A DNA stretch of 64,000 nt from an uncultured delta proteobacterium (GCA_963806225.1 CAWDXG010000001.1:480001-544000), one strand, 5' to 3'. Counted from the first letter of the stretch, positions 10,408 to 25,040 are shown. Notes: generated from the letters alone by a model not told the origin. Numbers and translations: made by a program.

Positions 10408-11097
10408 TCAGCGCTCCAGCACGCCGAGATCCAGCAGCGATTCGGCGCCTCCGCGTGCGATCACGACGTGATCCAGCAGTGGGACGCCGACCACGTCAGC
10501 GGCGATCGCGACGGCACGGGTCATCTCCACGTCCTCCGGGCTGGGCGCGGGATCGCCGCTCGGGTGGTTGTGCACGAGCACGAAGGCGCTGGCCCCGTCC
10601 CGCACCGCCGGTCGGAGCACATCGCGCGGGGTGAGCGCGCAGCCGTGCAGGCCCCCCTGGGCAATCCGTTGCGCGGACTTGAGGCCGTTTCTGCCATCCA
10701 GCGCCAGCAGCCAGACCTCCTCGTGGTCGAGCCAGGCCAGCCGCGGTCGCGCCCAGGCCGCGACCGACTCGAAGCTCCCTATGACGGGCGCGGCAGCCGC
10801 CAGCAAGCCCAGGCTGGCGCGCCTTCCAAGCTCGAGCGCCGCGGCAACACGGGCCGCCTTTGCCGGACCAATTCCACGTTGAGCGGACACGGCATGCGGC
10901 CCCAGCCGGGCCATGGCTTCGAGCCCGCCGCAGCGTTCGAGCAGCAGCGCCGCGAGGGCGCGGGCAGAGCCGCCCTCGACGCCAGTGCCGAGCAGGATGG
11001 CGAGCAGGTCGATGTCGGCCAGTGTCTGGACACCGGAGAGCAAGGCGCGCTCGCGTAGATCGGGACGCACGCTGTCCCGGGCGAGAGTAGGGGTCAT
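10408..11097 (-). CDS. radC: RadC (JAB/MPN domain) protein
   Basis: LLAILLGTG, HhH GIGPAKA, JAB motif HNHPSGDPAPSPED and LLDHVVI. Confidence 0.92.
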   Translation of the reverse strand: MTPTLARDSVRPDLRERALLSGVQTLADIDLLAILLGTGVEGGSARALAALLLERCGGLEAMARLGPHAVSAQRGIGPAKAARVAAALELGRRASLGLLAAAAPVIGSFESVAAWARPRLAWLDHEEVWLLALDGRNGLKSAQRIAQGGLHGCALTPRDVLRPAVRDGASAFVLVHNHPSGDPAPSPEDVEMTRAVAIAADVVGVPLLDHVVIARGGAESLLDLGVLER

Positions 11098-11273
11098 GAC
11101 AGGCGCAGCAGCAGGAAGCGTGCCTGCGGCGAAACGCCCGAAACGCCGTGGATCGCACGCAGCAGCTGCCCCGATCGCCGCCAGGCGCCGCGCCCGGTTT
11201 GCGCAGCATCCGCCGCTACTATCGCGGTCCCGGTGCGGTTGGCGGACCCCGCCACCCCGCCGCCACACGGCGC

Positions 11274-12017
11274 CTACTCGACGCGCTGCGGCTCGCCCTC
11301 GGGCAGGAGCTGCAGGAAGCGCGCCGTCGCGGCCTCGACCGCCGCCTGGCTGCGTCCGTCGAAGGTCACCTTCGTCTTGTAGCTGGCATCGAACCACTTC
11401 GGGTACGAGCCGACCTCTACCTCGGGATGCTCCGCGACAACCTGGTCGAGCAGCGGCTTGAGATCGCCCTCGTCCATCTTGGTGAACACCGCGCGCGAGA
11501 CGAAGCTCTCCGCGCCGCGCACCCACTCGCGCACGACGGCCAGCTTCATGCGGAAGATCTCCGGAACGCCAGGCAGCACCCAGACGTTCCGCATCACCAC
11601 GGTGGGCCAGAGGATGTCGGGAGTGGTGGCGAGCTCGGCGCCGTCGGGTACCAGCGCCATGCGCAGATGTCCCTCGGTCGTGCGCTCGCCGTAGGCGCTT
11701 CTGAGGAGCGCCTCCATGGTCGAGTCGATGTGCGTGCCGACGCCGAAGGCCTCGGCCACGGCGTCCAGGGTCACGTCGTCGTGGGTCGGTCCGACGCCTC
11801 CGCTCGTGAACACCACGTCGTGTTCGTCGCTCAGTGCCCGCACCTCGCCGGCGATCACGTCGATCTCATCTGGCACCATCACCACGCGTCTGAGCGACAC
11901 GCCCAGCGAGCGCAGTGTGCGCGCCAGCTCCACCAGATTGGCCTCGTGGATCTTGCCGCTCAAGAGCTCGTTGCCGATGAGTACGACGGCGGCGGTGTTG
12001 GCGAGCGATGACTTCAT
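11274..12017 (-). CDS. CinA-N/COG1058 molybdopterin-binding-like protein
   Basis: IGNELLSGKIHEAN, TSGGVGPTHDDVT and LPGVP motifs; no CinA C-terminal PncC domain. Confidence 0.85.
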   Translation of the reverse strand: MKSSLANTAAVVLIGNELLSGKIHEANLVELARTLRSLGVSLRRVVMVPDEIDVIAGEVRALSDEHDVVFTSGGVGPTHDDVTLDAVAEAFGVGTHIDSTMEALLRSAYGERTTEGHLRMALVPDGAELATTPDILWPTVVMRNVWVLPGVPEIFRMKLAVVREWVRGAESFVSRAVFTKMDEGDLKPLLDQVVAEHPEVEVGSYPKWFDASYKTKVTFDGRSQAAVEAATARFLQLLPEGEPQRVE

Positions 12018-12307
12018 CAATCCGGTTCAAGCTCCCGGACCACGGGGTTGCCGTCCTCGTCGACGGTGAGCAGCTGCTCGATGCGTTTCTCGGCGCGTTC
12101 CAGCCGCGCCTGCGAAGCCCGCGCCAGCTGCACGCCTTCCTCGAACAGCTTGAGCGATTCCTCCAATGGGAGCTCGCCGCCCTCCAGCCGCTCGACGATC
12201 TCGCCCAGGCGCCGTACCGAGTCCTCGAACGAGCTTTCGGCCTCTTCGGCCGGTTTGCCCGGCGCTGCTTTCGTGTCCGACGACGGCCGGGACTTCGTCC
12301 TTGCCAC
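12017..12307 (-). CDS. xseB: Exodeoxyribonuclease VII small subunit
   Basis: SFEDSVRRLGEIVERLEGGELPLEESLKLFEEGV...LERAEKRI. Confidence 0.93.
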   Translation of the reverse strand: MARTKSRPSSDTKAAPGKPAEEAESSFEDSVRRLGEIVERLEGGELPLEESLKLFEEGVQLARASQARLERAEKRIEQLLTVDEDGNPVVRELEPD

Positions 12308-12337
12308 TTCGATGCCTCCCGCGCCCGGGCAGGGCGC

Positions 12338-14433
12338 CTAGTGGGCGTCAGCCTTGTCGCGGAGAGCCGGCGCTGCAACCCGCAGCTCGATGGGGCCCGC
12401 CGGCAGGCCCGACGCGACCAGCAGGCCGTCGGGATCCGGGACGGCGGGCAGCGCCAGCCCGCTGGCCGTCACCAGCTCCACCGTCGCGGCGCGGACGGCG
12501 CGCTGTTGTTGCGGCTCGCTGGGCGCGAGCGCCAGCCACAGCACGGCCGACCCCGGCGCCAGCCCGTACAGCCTCCGGCCCGCGAGCGCCCTCTTCGCCG
12601 CCCCCCGCACCCGGGCGCTGCCATCGAGCCGGGCGGCGAGCCCGAGCGTGGGCCCGGTGTGCGCGAGGCGGCTCAGCGCGATCACGATCGCGTGGCGCAC
12701 CTGGGCGCTCGGCTCGAAGCGGTAGGCCCTGGACAGCAGGCCGACCGCGCTGGGGCGCTGGCTGTCGCCCAGACCGAGGGCGGCGTGCACGCGGATCAAA
12801 GCGTTGCCGCTCTCTAGCAGGGCCGTGATGCGGGAGCGAAGCGCCTCGCTGTCGCGCGCCGCCAGTGCGCGCACGGCGAGAGGCGCGGCGGCGCTTCCCG
12901 AATCGATCAGCTCGACCAGCACGCGGGTCGGGACGTGGAATTCCGCGCCGGGGTCGGCGAGCGAGGCTGCCAGCGCGACCCGCGTCGCCGGATCCTTCTC
13001 GCGGGCCAGTCGTGTGGCGGCCACGGAGGCGACCTCCGGCTTCCATGCGGCGGCGCGCGCCGCCGCGCGCACGACCACCGGGTCGTTCGAGCCGAGTAGT
13101 CGTTCCGCGGCGGAAGCATCCAGCGCCGCGAGACCCCAGGCTCCAGCCGCGCGGTCGGCGGGCGACTTCGAAGCGAGCAGCGCGTCGAGCGCGCGGGTAT
13201 CGCCCGGAACGTCTTCGCCCAGGGCGATGCGGCGGACTACGGCCGCTCGTGCCGCCAGGCGGCGGGTGCTCGCCGAACCGAGCGCGGCCGCGAGGCGATC
13301 GCGGGCGCCGTCGCCGGCACAGCGCGCCAGCGCGTAGGCGGCCAGCGACGCGTGCTGTGGCTTGCCGAGCTCCCCGGCAAGCAGGGCCGCGGCGCGGGGG
13401 CCGCCTGTGCGCGAGATGGCGCCGAGAACTGCGGTGAGCTCCCCCGCGTCGGCGTCCGCGAGTCGCTTGGCGAGCGCTGGAAGCAGAGCGCGATCCGGTG
13501 CGACGAGCGCGAGCGCCAGCGCCTGCCGGCGCGTCGTCGCGTCGTCGAGCAACTGCGCGACAGCCGGCGCAGCGCCGGACGCGTGCGTCGTGGCCAGGAT
13601 GCGCGCCCCGGCCAGCCGCAGCACCGGGAGCTTCTCCTTGTCGAGCCAGAAGCGCGCCAGCGGCACGGTCTCCAGATCGCCCAGGCGGGTGAGAGCCATC
13701 GCGGCCGCCGCGCGCACGTCCGGCGCGCCATGTCGAACGACGGAACGCAGGCTGTCGAAGCCACGCTGGTCGGCGAGCCCTGCCAGGAGCCGTACGAACG
13801 CGAGCGTCGGCACGCCTCGCGCGCTCACGATGGGCGAAAGATCCACGGGAGGGTGCGCCGCGATGCCCGCGGCGGCGGCGTCTGCCACGGGGCCGCCCTG
13901 GCGCAGGGCGTTGCCCAGTGCGGCTAGAGCTGCGGCGTCTCCGGACGCGGCCAACGCCGACGCCGAGCTCTCGCGCACCCAGTCCTCGAGCTGGTCCGCC
14001 GCGTCGTGCTGCTTGGAAACGCCGACGCCGGTCATCATGCGCACCAGCGCCTGCCGCACGTCCGGTACGCCGGCGTGCGGCGCCAGCGCGCGTACGGCGA
14101 CCAGCCGGTCGCGCGTGCTCCGGACCACTCCGCCGGGCTCCAGCGCCTTGACCAGCAGCTCCAGCGCGCGCGGGCTGCCCACGCTGCCGAGGCGCTCCAG
14201 TCCCTGCTGGCGCTCGTCGGCCTGCGCCGAGGCGAGCAGATGCTGCGCCGCCTGTACGCCGATGCGGCTCTTGAGGGACGCGCGCTTGCTGTGAGGTGCC
14301 TTCGAGCGCGGCCGGTGCTGGTAGACGTGCGACGGCAGCCGCGGGCGCGGCGGGTGCCGGACCTGCGCCGCGGCGCTGCTCGCCGAAAGCGGCAGCTCCA
14401 GCGCGACCCAGAGCGCGAACCACGCCCGGGGCT

Positions 14434-14437
<4 letters not shown>
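12338..14437 (-). CDS. Exported HEAT-repeat (alpha-solenoid) protein
   Basis: Signal-like N-terminus ending AAA-Q; repeated VRAAAAxAL/VRHAIVIAL units; GTGA overlap with the upstream gene's stop. Confidence 0.75.
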
Positions 14438-16497
<2,060 letters not shown>

Positions 16498-16639
16498 GGC
16501 CCGAGAGCCTAGTGGTTGTCGGAGCGAATTACCCGCAAAAAAGAACCGCCCTCTGGCGCGGGTTTCTTGCATGGTGGGCTCGTTCCGCGCATCGTGCTTG
16601 CGCGCCCTCGCATCCTGCCGTACGGCCCGTCCCCCGATC

Positions 16640-17907
<1,268 letters not shown>

Positions 17908-17911
<4 letters not shown>

Positions 17912-18555
17912 CTCTGCCGGCCGCGCCTTCCGGCGGCGACGCGCTGACGGTCGCTGTGCCCAAGGGCCGCGTGCTCAAGGTGCTGGTGCCGCTGTTCGAA
18001 CGCGCCGGCATCGATGCCTCGTGCCTGCTCGGCGACGATCGCCGGCTGATCCGTGAGACCTCCGACGGCCGGTTGCGCTTCCTCCTGCTCAAGCCCGACG
18101 ACGTGCCGACCTACGTCGAGTACGGCGCCGCCGATCTGGGCGTGAGCGGACGCGACGTGCTGCTCGAGCGGCGCTACGATCTCTACCAGCCGCTCGATCT
18201 CGGCATCGGCAAATGCCGCATGGTCGTTGCCGGCCCGCGCGGCGCGCACGTGCCCGCCGTGCCGCGCGTCGCGACCAAGTATCCGCGCATCGCCCTCGAA
18301 CACTTCGCCGAGCAGGGCGTGCAGGCCGAGGTCATCTACGTGCAGGGCTCGGTGGAGCTCGCGCCGCTCGTGGGGCTCTCGCACCTGATCGTGGACCTGG
18401 TGGAAACCGGCGCGACTCTGGTCGAGAACAACCTGGAAGAGCGCGAGGTGATCGTCGACATCTCCAGCGTGCTGGTAGCCAACCGCGCCCAGTACAAGCT
18501 CCGCCACGACGACGTGCGGCCTCTGGTCGAAGCGCTGAAGAAGGCGCTCGCGTAG
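17908..18555 (+). CDS. hisG: ATP phosphoribosyltransferase, short form
   Basis: [34 protein letters not shown] and [13 protein letters not shown] overlap with murA. Confidence 0.96.
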
Positions 18556-18903
18556 GCAGGGGTGCTCCCCAACGCGGTGCGGAGCTTCCGCGCCCGGCCG
18601 TGCTCGCTTCGCTGCGCGCGCCCGGGGTCCCTCGAGCGCATGCTCGGCCGGCTGTCACTCCGCGCGCACCACGGCTAGCCGGCCTGCGCGTGCGCGAGAG
18701 GTCCCCACGCCAGAGGACGCGTAGCGCCGGAGTCGGCCTGGCCCCGTCTCGCATGGATCGCAGCGCGGTTGCCCCGCTGCTGGCGGCAACCAGAAACAAC
18801 GTCGTGGCACGGAATGGCACAAGGCAGTCGCTTCCGCGCGGAAACGCCGCTGCGATCACAGCGCTGGCGGCATCGAAGGCAGAGCGGCGCTAGGTTTCCG
18901 GGC

Positions 18904-19761
18904 ATGCGGGGATTGGGGTTCGCTGGCGTGGTCCTGGTACTGGCGGGTTGTGTGCAGACCCGGGCGGACCCGGCGCGGGACGCCGCCAGCGGCTGCGGCG
19001 ATGCAGGCTCCCCGCTCGTTCCGCGCGACCTCGATGCCGGCGCAAAGGACGTCCACGTCGGAGATGCGGCTCCGTCCGGGACGAGCGATGCCACGCCGGA
19101 TCCCAACAACTGGTCATGCAACGTCGACGAACACTGCGCGGTCTTTCCGGCGCTGCCCTATTGCGACGGGCACCAATGCTCTGCGGCCGAGAAGACCGTT
19201 CACTGCACGGCCGGTGCCGAGAACCAGCAGGAGAGCCCCGAGGTCCAGCACACCTACATCGGGCAGAACGGCACCTTCACCGACCGCTGCGACGGCAGCG
19301 GCAACCTCGTCGACTACGGCTGCGAGTTCAAGACCAAGTGCGGCCCCGGTCCGAACCCAGCTTGCGGAAACATCGACACAGGCCGCGTGACGAGTACTAC
19401 GCGCGATTGTGCCGGCATGTGCGTGAACGGCCGCTGCGATGGTCGTTGTCCGCAACAGGGCGATCACATCACGTATCGCGACACACACCCGGACGGCAGC
19501 GCCCTCATTCGCAACGACAGTGATGGCCGGAGCTACGACTGCACGCTGGACTACGACTCACCAGCCGACAAGTTCGATTGCAAGGCGGTCGCCGTCGGCC
19601 AGACGGGGACCGTCCTGGGCCGCAGCGTCAGGGATATGCAGTGCACGGGCCGGGACTTCGGCGGGTTCAGCGTCGTTCTGCCAGGCGTGCCCACCACCAA
19701 CAGTGGCGAGAACTGCGGATACGACTGCGGCATCCACCCCGAGCCGCCCTGCTCGCCGTAG
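18904..19761 (+). CDS. Cys-rich lipoprotein of unknown function
   Basis: Lipobox VLAGC; many Cys; DAG-type linker. Confidence 0.7.
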   Translation: MRGLGFAGVVLVLAGCVQTRADPARDAASGCGDAGSPLVPRDLDAGAKDVHVGDAAPSGTSDATPDPNNWSCNVDEHCAVFPALPYCDGHQCSAAEKTVHCTAGAENQQESPEVQHTYIGQNGTFTDRCDGSGNLVDYGCEFKTKCGPGPNPACGNIDTGRVTSTTRDCAGMCVNGRCDGRCPQQGDHITYRDTHPDGSALIRNDSDGRSYDCTLDYDSPADKFDCKAVAVGQTGTVLGRSVRDMQCTGRDFGGFSVVLPGVPTTNSGENCGYDCGIHPEPPCSP

Positions 19762-19821
19762 GTCACGTCAAGCGTGGTGTGAAGGGAGCGCGCGCTCGAG
19801 AGGGGGCACGCATCGGCGCCG

Positions 19822-20736
19822 TCATTCAGCCGGAGCCGTCCTTCTCGCAAGGATCGGCAGCAGCACGCCGCCCAGGATCAGCCCGGCGCCGGCGAGCTCG
19901 CGGGGGAGCGGCGTGGTCCCGCGCACGAGCAGGTCCAGGCCGAAGGCGAGGACCGGGGTCAAGAGCGTGAGCAGCTTGGTGCGCGAGGCGTTGATGTGCC
20001 GGACGGCGTACATCACGAAGAGGCGGCTGATGAAGGGGCCGCAGGCGGCGGCGAGCGCGGTCATCAGCCAGGCGCGCTCGGGTACGCGGGTCAGCGCGCC
20101 GGTCGGGACGAGGTAGGCGGCCATGATGGCCACGGCCAGCGCAAGCCTGGCCACGTTGACGCCGACCGGGTCGATGTGCGCGATGACCTTGCGGGTGTAG
20201 AGCAACATCGCGCCGAAGCTGACCGAGCCGAGCAGCGCGAACGCGACGCCAGTCGGATCGACGGCGGCCGCGGTGGGGTCGTGGAGGCCCAGCACCGCGA
20301 AGCCGGCGACCGCGAAACAGGCGCCGACCAGGAAGCGCGCCGTGATCCGCTCGCCGAGGAACAGCCAGCCACCGAGCCCGACCACGAACACCTGCGTCTG
20401 CAGCAGCGTGCTGGTCAAACCGGGGTCGAGGTGGCCGAGCGCGCCGGCAACGCCGACGTTGCCGAGGATCGTCAGCACGGCGAAGATTACGATGGAGACC
20501 ACGGTGACGCGTGACGGGCGGCGTGGCCGCCTGCGCACCCGTGCGAGCGCGTAGCCGCCGTTGAAGACGGTCGCGCAGCCGAGCATCGCGAACACCGCCG
20601 CATCCCGCGGCGCCACGGCGTTGGCCGAGCGGAACGCGAGCAGGTACACCGCCGCGAAGAAGGCGGAGGAAACGGCGAGCGCGTCACCCGTCCGCCGCTC
20701 GGTCTTCGGGGGATGGATGGGTTCGGCGTGGGTCAC
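19822..20736 (-). CDS. DMT/EamA family transporter
   Basis: About 10 TM segments; FLGERIT; LTPVLA...ELAGAGLILGGV. Confidence 0.85.
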   Translation of the reverse strand: MTHAEPIHPPKTERRTGDALAVSSAFFAAVYLLAFRSANAVAPRDAAVFAMLGCATVFNGGYALARVRRRPRRPSRVTVVSIVIFAVLTILGNVGVAGALGHLDPGLTSTLLQTQVFVVGLGGWLFLGERITARFLVGACFAVAGFAVLGLHDPTAAAVDPTGVAFALLGSVSFGAMLLYTRKVIAHIDPVGVNVARLALAVAIMAAYLVPTGALTRVPERAWLMTALAAACGPFISRLFVMYAVRHINASRTKLLTLLTPVLAFGLDLLVRGTTPLPRELAGAGLILGGVLLPILARRTAPAE

Positions 20737-20913
20737 GGCGTCACTCGTCCCCCTGACGGGGAGGGAGCGTGTAGCACGCCGCGACGCCCGGGCCGTCCTT
20801 CTCCTGTCGTGCGAGGGCGCTGCGCCGGGCGCGTCGCTCGATTGCCATCGGAAACGGATACGAACAGCCGACGGGCATTGACACCCCGGGTCCGGATAGG
20901 GTCCGATCCAGGG

Positions 20914-22224
20914 GTGACGCGGGTGGGGACAGCGACCGTCGCAGTCGTGCTCGCGGCGGGCATGGCGCAGTGTTGCTCGTCCGGGCGGCGCGGAACCCTG
21001 CCCGCGCCAGCCGGTTCCGATGCGTCGGTCGACGCGCCGCCCGATCACATCGCACAGGAGGCCGGGCCCGCCGATGCGCCGGCCGAGCCCACTCCCGCGA
21101 AACCCGGCGATGCCTGGTGGCAGGCCGGCCACGACGCGAGCCAGTCCAGCCGTAGCACTGCCACGGTGGCCAATCCTCCGGCGCTACTCTGGAAGGTCAA
21201 GCTGGACGGGCCGACCGATTACGCGGCGCCCGTGATCGACGACCAGAACCGCATCTACGTCTCGGACTCGACCAAGCTGTATGCGTTGGACGCGGCGGGC
21301 AAGACCCGCTGGACCTGGACCAGCGCGTCCGACAGCGGCTTCTTCGGCATTGCAGGTGTTGCCATCCACCACGACGGTACGGTTGTCGTGGCGGAGCACG
21401 GCGGCGCGCTGCGAGGCCTGTCGCCCGATGGCCAGGAGCTGTACGACGATCCACTCCTGGCCCAGGGCTTCGGCAGTCTGGAGGTGAGCAGCCCCGTTAT
21501 CGGCAAGAGCGGGAACGTCTACGTCACGGCCCAGGAATTCTACGGTGGCGCGATGCTGTTCGCGTTCGACAAGGACGGCCAGCCGCTGTACCGGGTCACG
21601 CTGTCGCTCGCGCTGTCGCCGAGCGGTGTCGCCGAGGGGCCGGACGGCAGTCTGTACGTTGCGCTGCTCGACAGCGGCGATCCGACGCTCTCGCGCCTGG
21701 TCAAGCTCCGTCCTGACGGCACTCCTGTGTGGAAACGCCCCATCGGCCTTTCCGCAGTGACGCCAGCCGTGGCTCCCGACGGCTCGATCTGGCTGGGTCG
21801 CTGGGACAAGGGCACGAATCTCCAACGCTTCCTTCCCTCCGGTTCGGAGGTCTTCGGCACGTCGGTCGGCTTCGTCACGAAGGCTCCGGCCATCGATGCG
21901 CAGGGGAACGCCTACGTGGGGCAGCCGCAGGGGCTTGTCTCGGTTGCTCCGGACGGCCAGCAGCGTTGGATGGTTGAAAGCGGCCCGGGCCCTGGCGCGT
22001 ACATGGAGATATGGACCCGGTCTGCCATCTCGGGGGACGGCGTGGTGGTCGTTTCGGACGACAGCGGCGCTCTCAGCGGCGTGAAGAACGACATCGTGCT
22101 GTGGAGCGTACAGCGCGACAACCTCGATACCGGCACGGCGCTCTACGACTCGGTGGCGATCGGCCCTGACGGCACGATCTACGCGGGCTCGCTTGGCGCC
22201 GACGAGCTGTTCGCATACCGCTGA
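20914..22224 (+). CDS. PQQ-like (BamB-type) beta-propeller exported protein
   Basis: W-x-Q-x-GHD-x3-S signature; repeated P.I..DG.IYV...LYAL...G...W blades. Confidence 0.8.
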   Translation: MTRVGTATVAVVLAAGMAQCCSSGRRGTLPAPAGSDASVDAPPDHIAQEAGPADAPAEPTPAKPGDAWWQAGHDASQSSRSTATVANPPALLWKVKLDGPTDYAAPVIDDQNRIYVSDSTKLYALDAAGKTRWTWTSASDSGFFGIAGVAIHHDGTVVVAEHGGALRGLSPDGQELYDDPLLAQGFGSLEVSSPVIGKSGNVYVTAQEFYGGAMLFAFDKDGQPLYRVTLSLALSPSGVAEGPDGSLYVALLDSGDPTLSRLVKLRPDGTPVWKRPIGLSAVTPAVAPDGSIWLGRWDKGTNLQRFLPSGSEVFGTSVGFVTKAPAIDAQGNAYVGQPQGLVSVAPDGQQRWMVESGPGPGAYMEIWTRSAISGDGVVVVSDDSGALSGVKNDIVLWSVQRDNLDTGTALYDSVAIGPDGTIYAGSLGADELFAYR

Positions 22225-22228
22225 CGGA

Positions 22229-23485
22229 CTACCACGTGACCTGCACCGGCCAGGCCTCGTCCTGGTCGCCTCCTGTCCCGAGATAGCCCTGCTGGCCCCA
22301 GCACCAGACCGTGCCCTTGCCGCGCAGCGCGCAGCTGAACATGCTGCCGAGGCCGACCTCGGCGACGTCCGTGAGCGGCACGCGCCCTGGTGGACTGCCG
22401 CCGTTTCCGTACGGCGCGTCATAGCCGTCCCCCAGCTTGCCGTAGGCCGGCTGGCCCCAGCACCACAGCGACGCGTCGCCCAGCCGCGCGCAGGTGTGGG
22501 CGCCGCCGCCCGCGACCTGGGCCACGTCGCTGATCCCCGGAACCTTCTGCGGGCTCGAGAAGTGATAATCCTGCTCGTAGATGTCGGGCGGCAGCCCGAG
22601 CTGGCCGAAGAAGTCCGCCCCCCAGCAATGCAGGCTCTTGTCGGCGGGGACCGCACACGTCCAGTACCAGCCGGACGCGATGGACTGCACCCCCGTCAAT
22701 CCGACGACCTGCCGAGGCGTGGCCGAGCCCAGTGTCGCTCCGATGCCGAGCTGTCCGTAGCCGCCGCTCCCCCAGCACCACACCGTCCCATCCGACTTGA
22801 GCGCACAGACGTGATACTTCCCGAGCGCTACCTGCGTGGCGCCGTCGAGGCCGGGGATCAGCGCTGGGGTCGGGTCGAGGCCGGGAGTACCGGGACCTGC
22901 CTGGCCGCCGCTGTTCTCGCCCCAGCACAGCACGCGATGGTCGTCGCGCACCGCGCACACATCGCTTTCGTTCATCGCGACCTGGAGGGTGTGTTCGAGA
23001 CCCGGGACCGGCGTGGGATCGTGGACGTTGCCGTCTTTCGTGCCGAGGCCCAGCTGTCCCGAACCGTTGAAACCCCAGCACACCAGCGAGCCATCGCTCT
23101 TGATGCCGCAGCCGGAGTAGTCCCCGAGAGCGATCTGCTTCAGTCCGTCGAGAGCGGGCTTGTGTGTCGGCGTGGACCCGTAGAACCAGCAGTACACCGC
23201 GCCCTGCACGGTCTGGACGCAACCCTGCGTCGCGCCCACGTAGAGCTCCGCGGCCTTGCCTTCCGGTTCGGGTGGCGCCGCTTCCGCGTCGGCCTCCGCG
23301 TCGAACGAGTGCCCCCCTGCGTCGGGGTAGACTCCCCCCGCATCGCGCGGGCTCCCGGGCCCGTTCGAACGGCAAGTCCACACGCCTCCGCCGCACAGCG
23401 ACCCCCGTGAGCCGCCGCACCCGCAAGCAAGCAGGCCGATCAGCGCGACAGCAGGGATGTCGCCCGCCACAAGAAAGGTATGCAT
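22229..23485 (-). CDS. RCC1/BLIP-II repeat lipoprotein
   Basis: Repeated H.CA...DG.V.CWG....GQLG units; lipobox LLACGC. Confidence 0.88.
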   Translation of the reverse strand: MHTFLVAGDIPAVALIGLLACGCGGSRGSLCGGGVWTCRSNGPGSPRDAGGVYPDAGGHSFDAEADAEAAPPEPEGKAAELYVGATQGCVQTVQGAVYCWFYGSTPTHKPALDGLKQIALGDYSGCGIKSDGSLVCWGFNGSGQLGLGTKDGNVHDPTPVPGLEHTLQVAMNESDVCAVRDDHRVLCWGENSGGQAGPGTPGLDPTPALIPGLDGATQVALGKYHVCALKSDGTVWCWGSGGYGQLGIGATLGSATPRQVVGLTGVQSIASGWYWTCAVPADKSLHCWGADFFGQLGLPPDIYEQDYHFSSPQKVPGISDVAQVAGGGAHTCARLGDASLWCWGQPAYGKLGDGYDAPYGNGGSPPGRVPLTDVAEVGLGSMFSCALRGKGTVWCWGQQGYLGTGGDQDEAWPVQVTW

Positions 23486-23650
23486 CGACCGTCCTCCCGC
23501 TCCGCCTGGCGGCGTCGCGGAAGCGCGCCCAGGCATCTTCTAGACTACCAATCCGGGCGTCGCGCGCCAGTTCCGTTGCGTGTCCCACCCGGGCGGAGCG
23601 CCGGGCGGGCGACAAGCTGGGCCGTGCGCCGGCAAGAGTGGCCAAGCGCT

Positions 23651-24145
23651 TCAGCTGGTGCTGAGCCGCGCGCGCAGGAAGTCCACGGCAGAGGCCATGC
23701 CGATGGCGTCCATGGGGGCGATGTTGAGGTCGCGCGAGACGGAGAGCAGGTTCGACTCGCCGAGCTGCATGTACCTCTCGAGATCGCGCGCGTAGTCGTT
23801 CATCGATCCGAGCACCGAGTCGTCGGTGGCCACGCCTAGAGCGTCCGGCCCGCTCCCGCACAGCGCGCGGGCCAGGCCGGCGGAAAAGCCGTCTTCGAGC
23901 AGCGTCGCTTCCAGATGCTGGCGGAACAGGCCGCCGAGGTCGGCGAGCTGTGCCTTGTCGACTCCGGGCACGACCACGGCGTAGAGTGTCAGGCTGCTGG
24001 TGAAAAGAAGGTGGCGCCGCCCGCTATCCCCGAGCAGGTTTGCGTACCAGTCGCCGAACGGAAAGCCCGGCGGCTCCTCGGAAAGCCCGCCCTCGTCGAG
24101 TCCCATGAAGGCGCGGAGCTTGCCGGTGAGCCTGAACATGGTCAT
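23651..24145 (-). CDS. DUF6933-like hypothetical protein
   Basis: FRLTGKL...GDWYANL...LLF...TLY.V...T.D.SVLGSMND pattern, recalled from this family. Confidence 0.6.
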   Translation of the reverse strand: MTMFRLTGKLRAFMGLDEGGLSEEPPGFPFGDWYANLLGDSGRRHLLFTSSLTLYAVVVPGVDKAQLADLGGLFRQHLEATLLEDGFSAGLARALCGSGPDALGVATDDSVLGSMNDYARDLERYMQLGESNLLSVSRDLNIAPMDAIGMASAVDFLRARLSTS

Positions 24146-24248
24146 CACCTCGACGATAGCAGTCCGCTCCGACGCCCGCGACCCTGTACGAGCACGACCA
24201 GCGCGGCCCGGTTGCATCATCCGCCGCGCCGATCCGTCACACGTTGGC

Positions 24249-25040
24249 TTGCTTCATCCCCGCACATTGCTCCAGAGCGCTGTCGTAGCGGGGACCGTCG
24301 CGGCCGCGGCGCCGGCCTTCAGCCAGACGATCCCACCCAGCGGCTATCCACCACCGCCCGCGGCGCGTGCGGCCGAACAGCAGACGATCCAGCAGCAGGC
24401 GCGGCAGGCCTGGCTCGATCGGCACCGCGCGGAACTGTGGGCCGAGGCGCAGAACGACGTCGACCGGGAGCGCCGCGACGCCTGGCTCGACCGCGGCCGG
24501 AGAGCTGTGCCGCCCGCCGTGACCATCACTCCACCGGAGCTGCAGTTCGCACTCGTCGGCACCCTGGGCGCATCGATGAGGTCGTTTTCCGCAAAGCATG
24601 GCCAGGTCGACACGGGGCTCGGCGGGCAGTTCGAGCTCCGCGCCGACTCCTGGTGGGCGATCCAGGCGGGCGGCAGCGTCGGAGCGTTCGGCGATTCGCT
24701 CACCCATCCGGGCTCGACCGCGGTCTCTGGCAACGCGGCGTTCCTGCTCGTTCCCGCCTCGTCGGACTCGCCCTACAACGACGCGACGCACGGCTATCTC
24801 GGTCTCGGGTTGCAGACGTTGTTTCCACTCGGCGGCGCCAACGTGCCGGGAGCGTACCTCGGCCCGTACCTGACGCTCGGCGCGGTCAACGTCTTTGGCC
24901 ACCTGCAGAACGGCTACGGATACGCGGGCATCGTCGTCGAAGGGCGCGTTGGTTACCGGTTCTCGCTTGGCTCGGCAAAGACCGATCCCTTCAAGGGTAT
25001 CACCACCGAGATCGTGCTCGGTCCGGTGCTGGGGTTCTGA
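24249..25040 (+). CDS. Exported protein: helical N-terminus + probable small OM beta-barrel
   Basis: Signal peptide AFS-Q; amphipathic strands; C-terminal Phe. Start (TTG) uncertain. Confidence 0.6.
   Translation: MLHPRTLLQSAVVAGTVAAAAPAFSQTIPPSGYPPPPAARAAEQQTIQQQARQAWLDRHRAELWAEAQNDVDRERRDAWLDRGRRAVPPAVTITPPELQFALVGTLGASMRSFSAKHGQVDTGLGGQFELRADSWWAIQAGGSVGAFGDSLTHPGSTAVSGNAAFLLVPASSDSPYNDATHGYLGLGLQTLFPLGGANVPGAYLGPYLTLGAVNVFGHLQNGYGYAGIVVEGRVGYRFSLGSAKTDPFKGITTEIVLGPVLGF

Noticed and set aside
10408..11097. radC as a marker of a mobile element
   Set aside because: It is the full-length HhH+JAB chromosomal type among housekeeping genes, with no integrase or transposase nearby.
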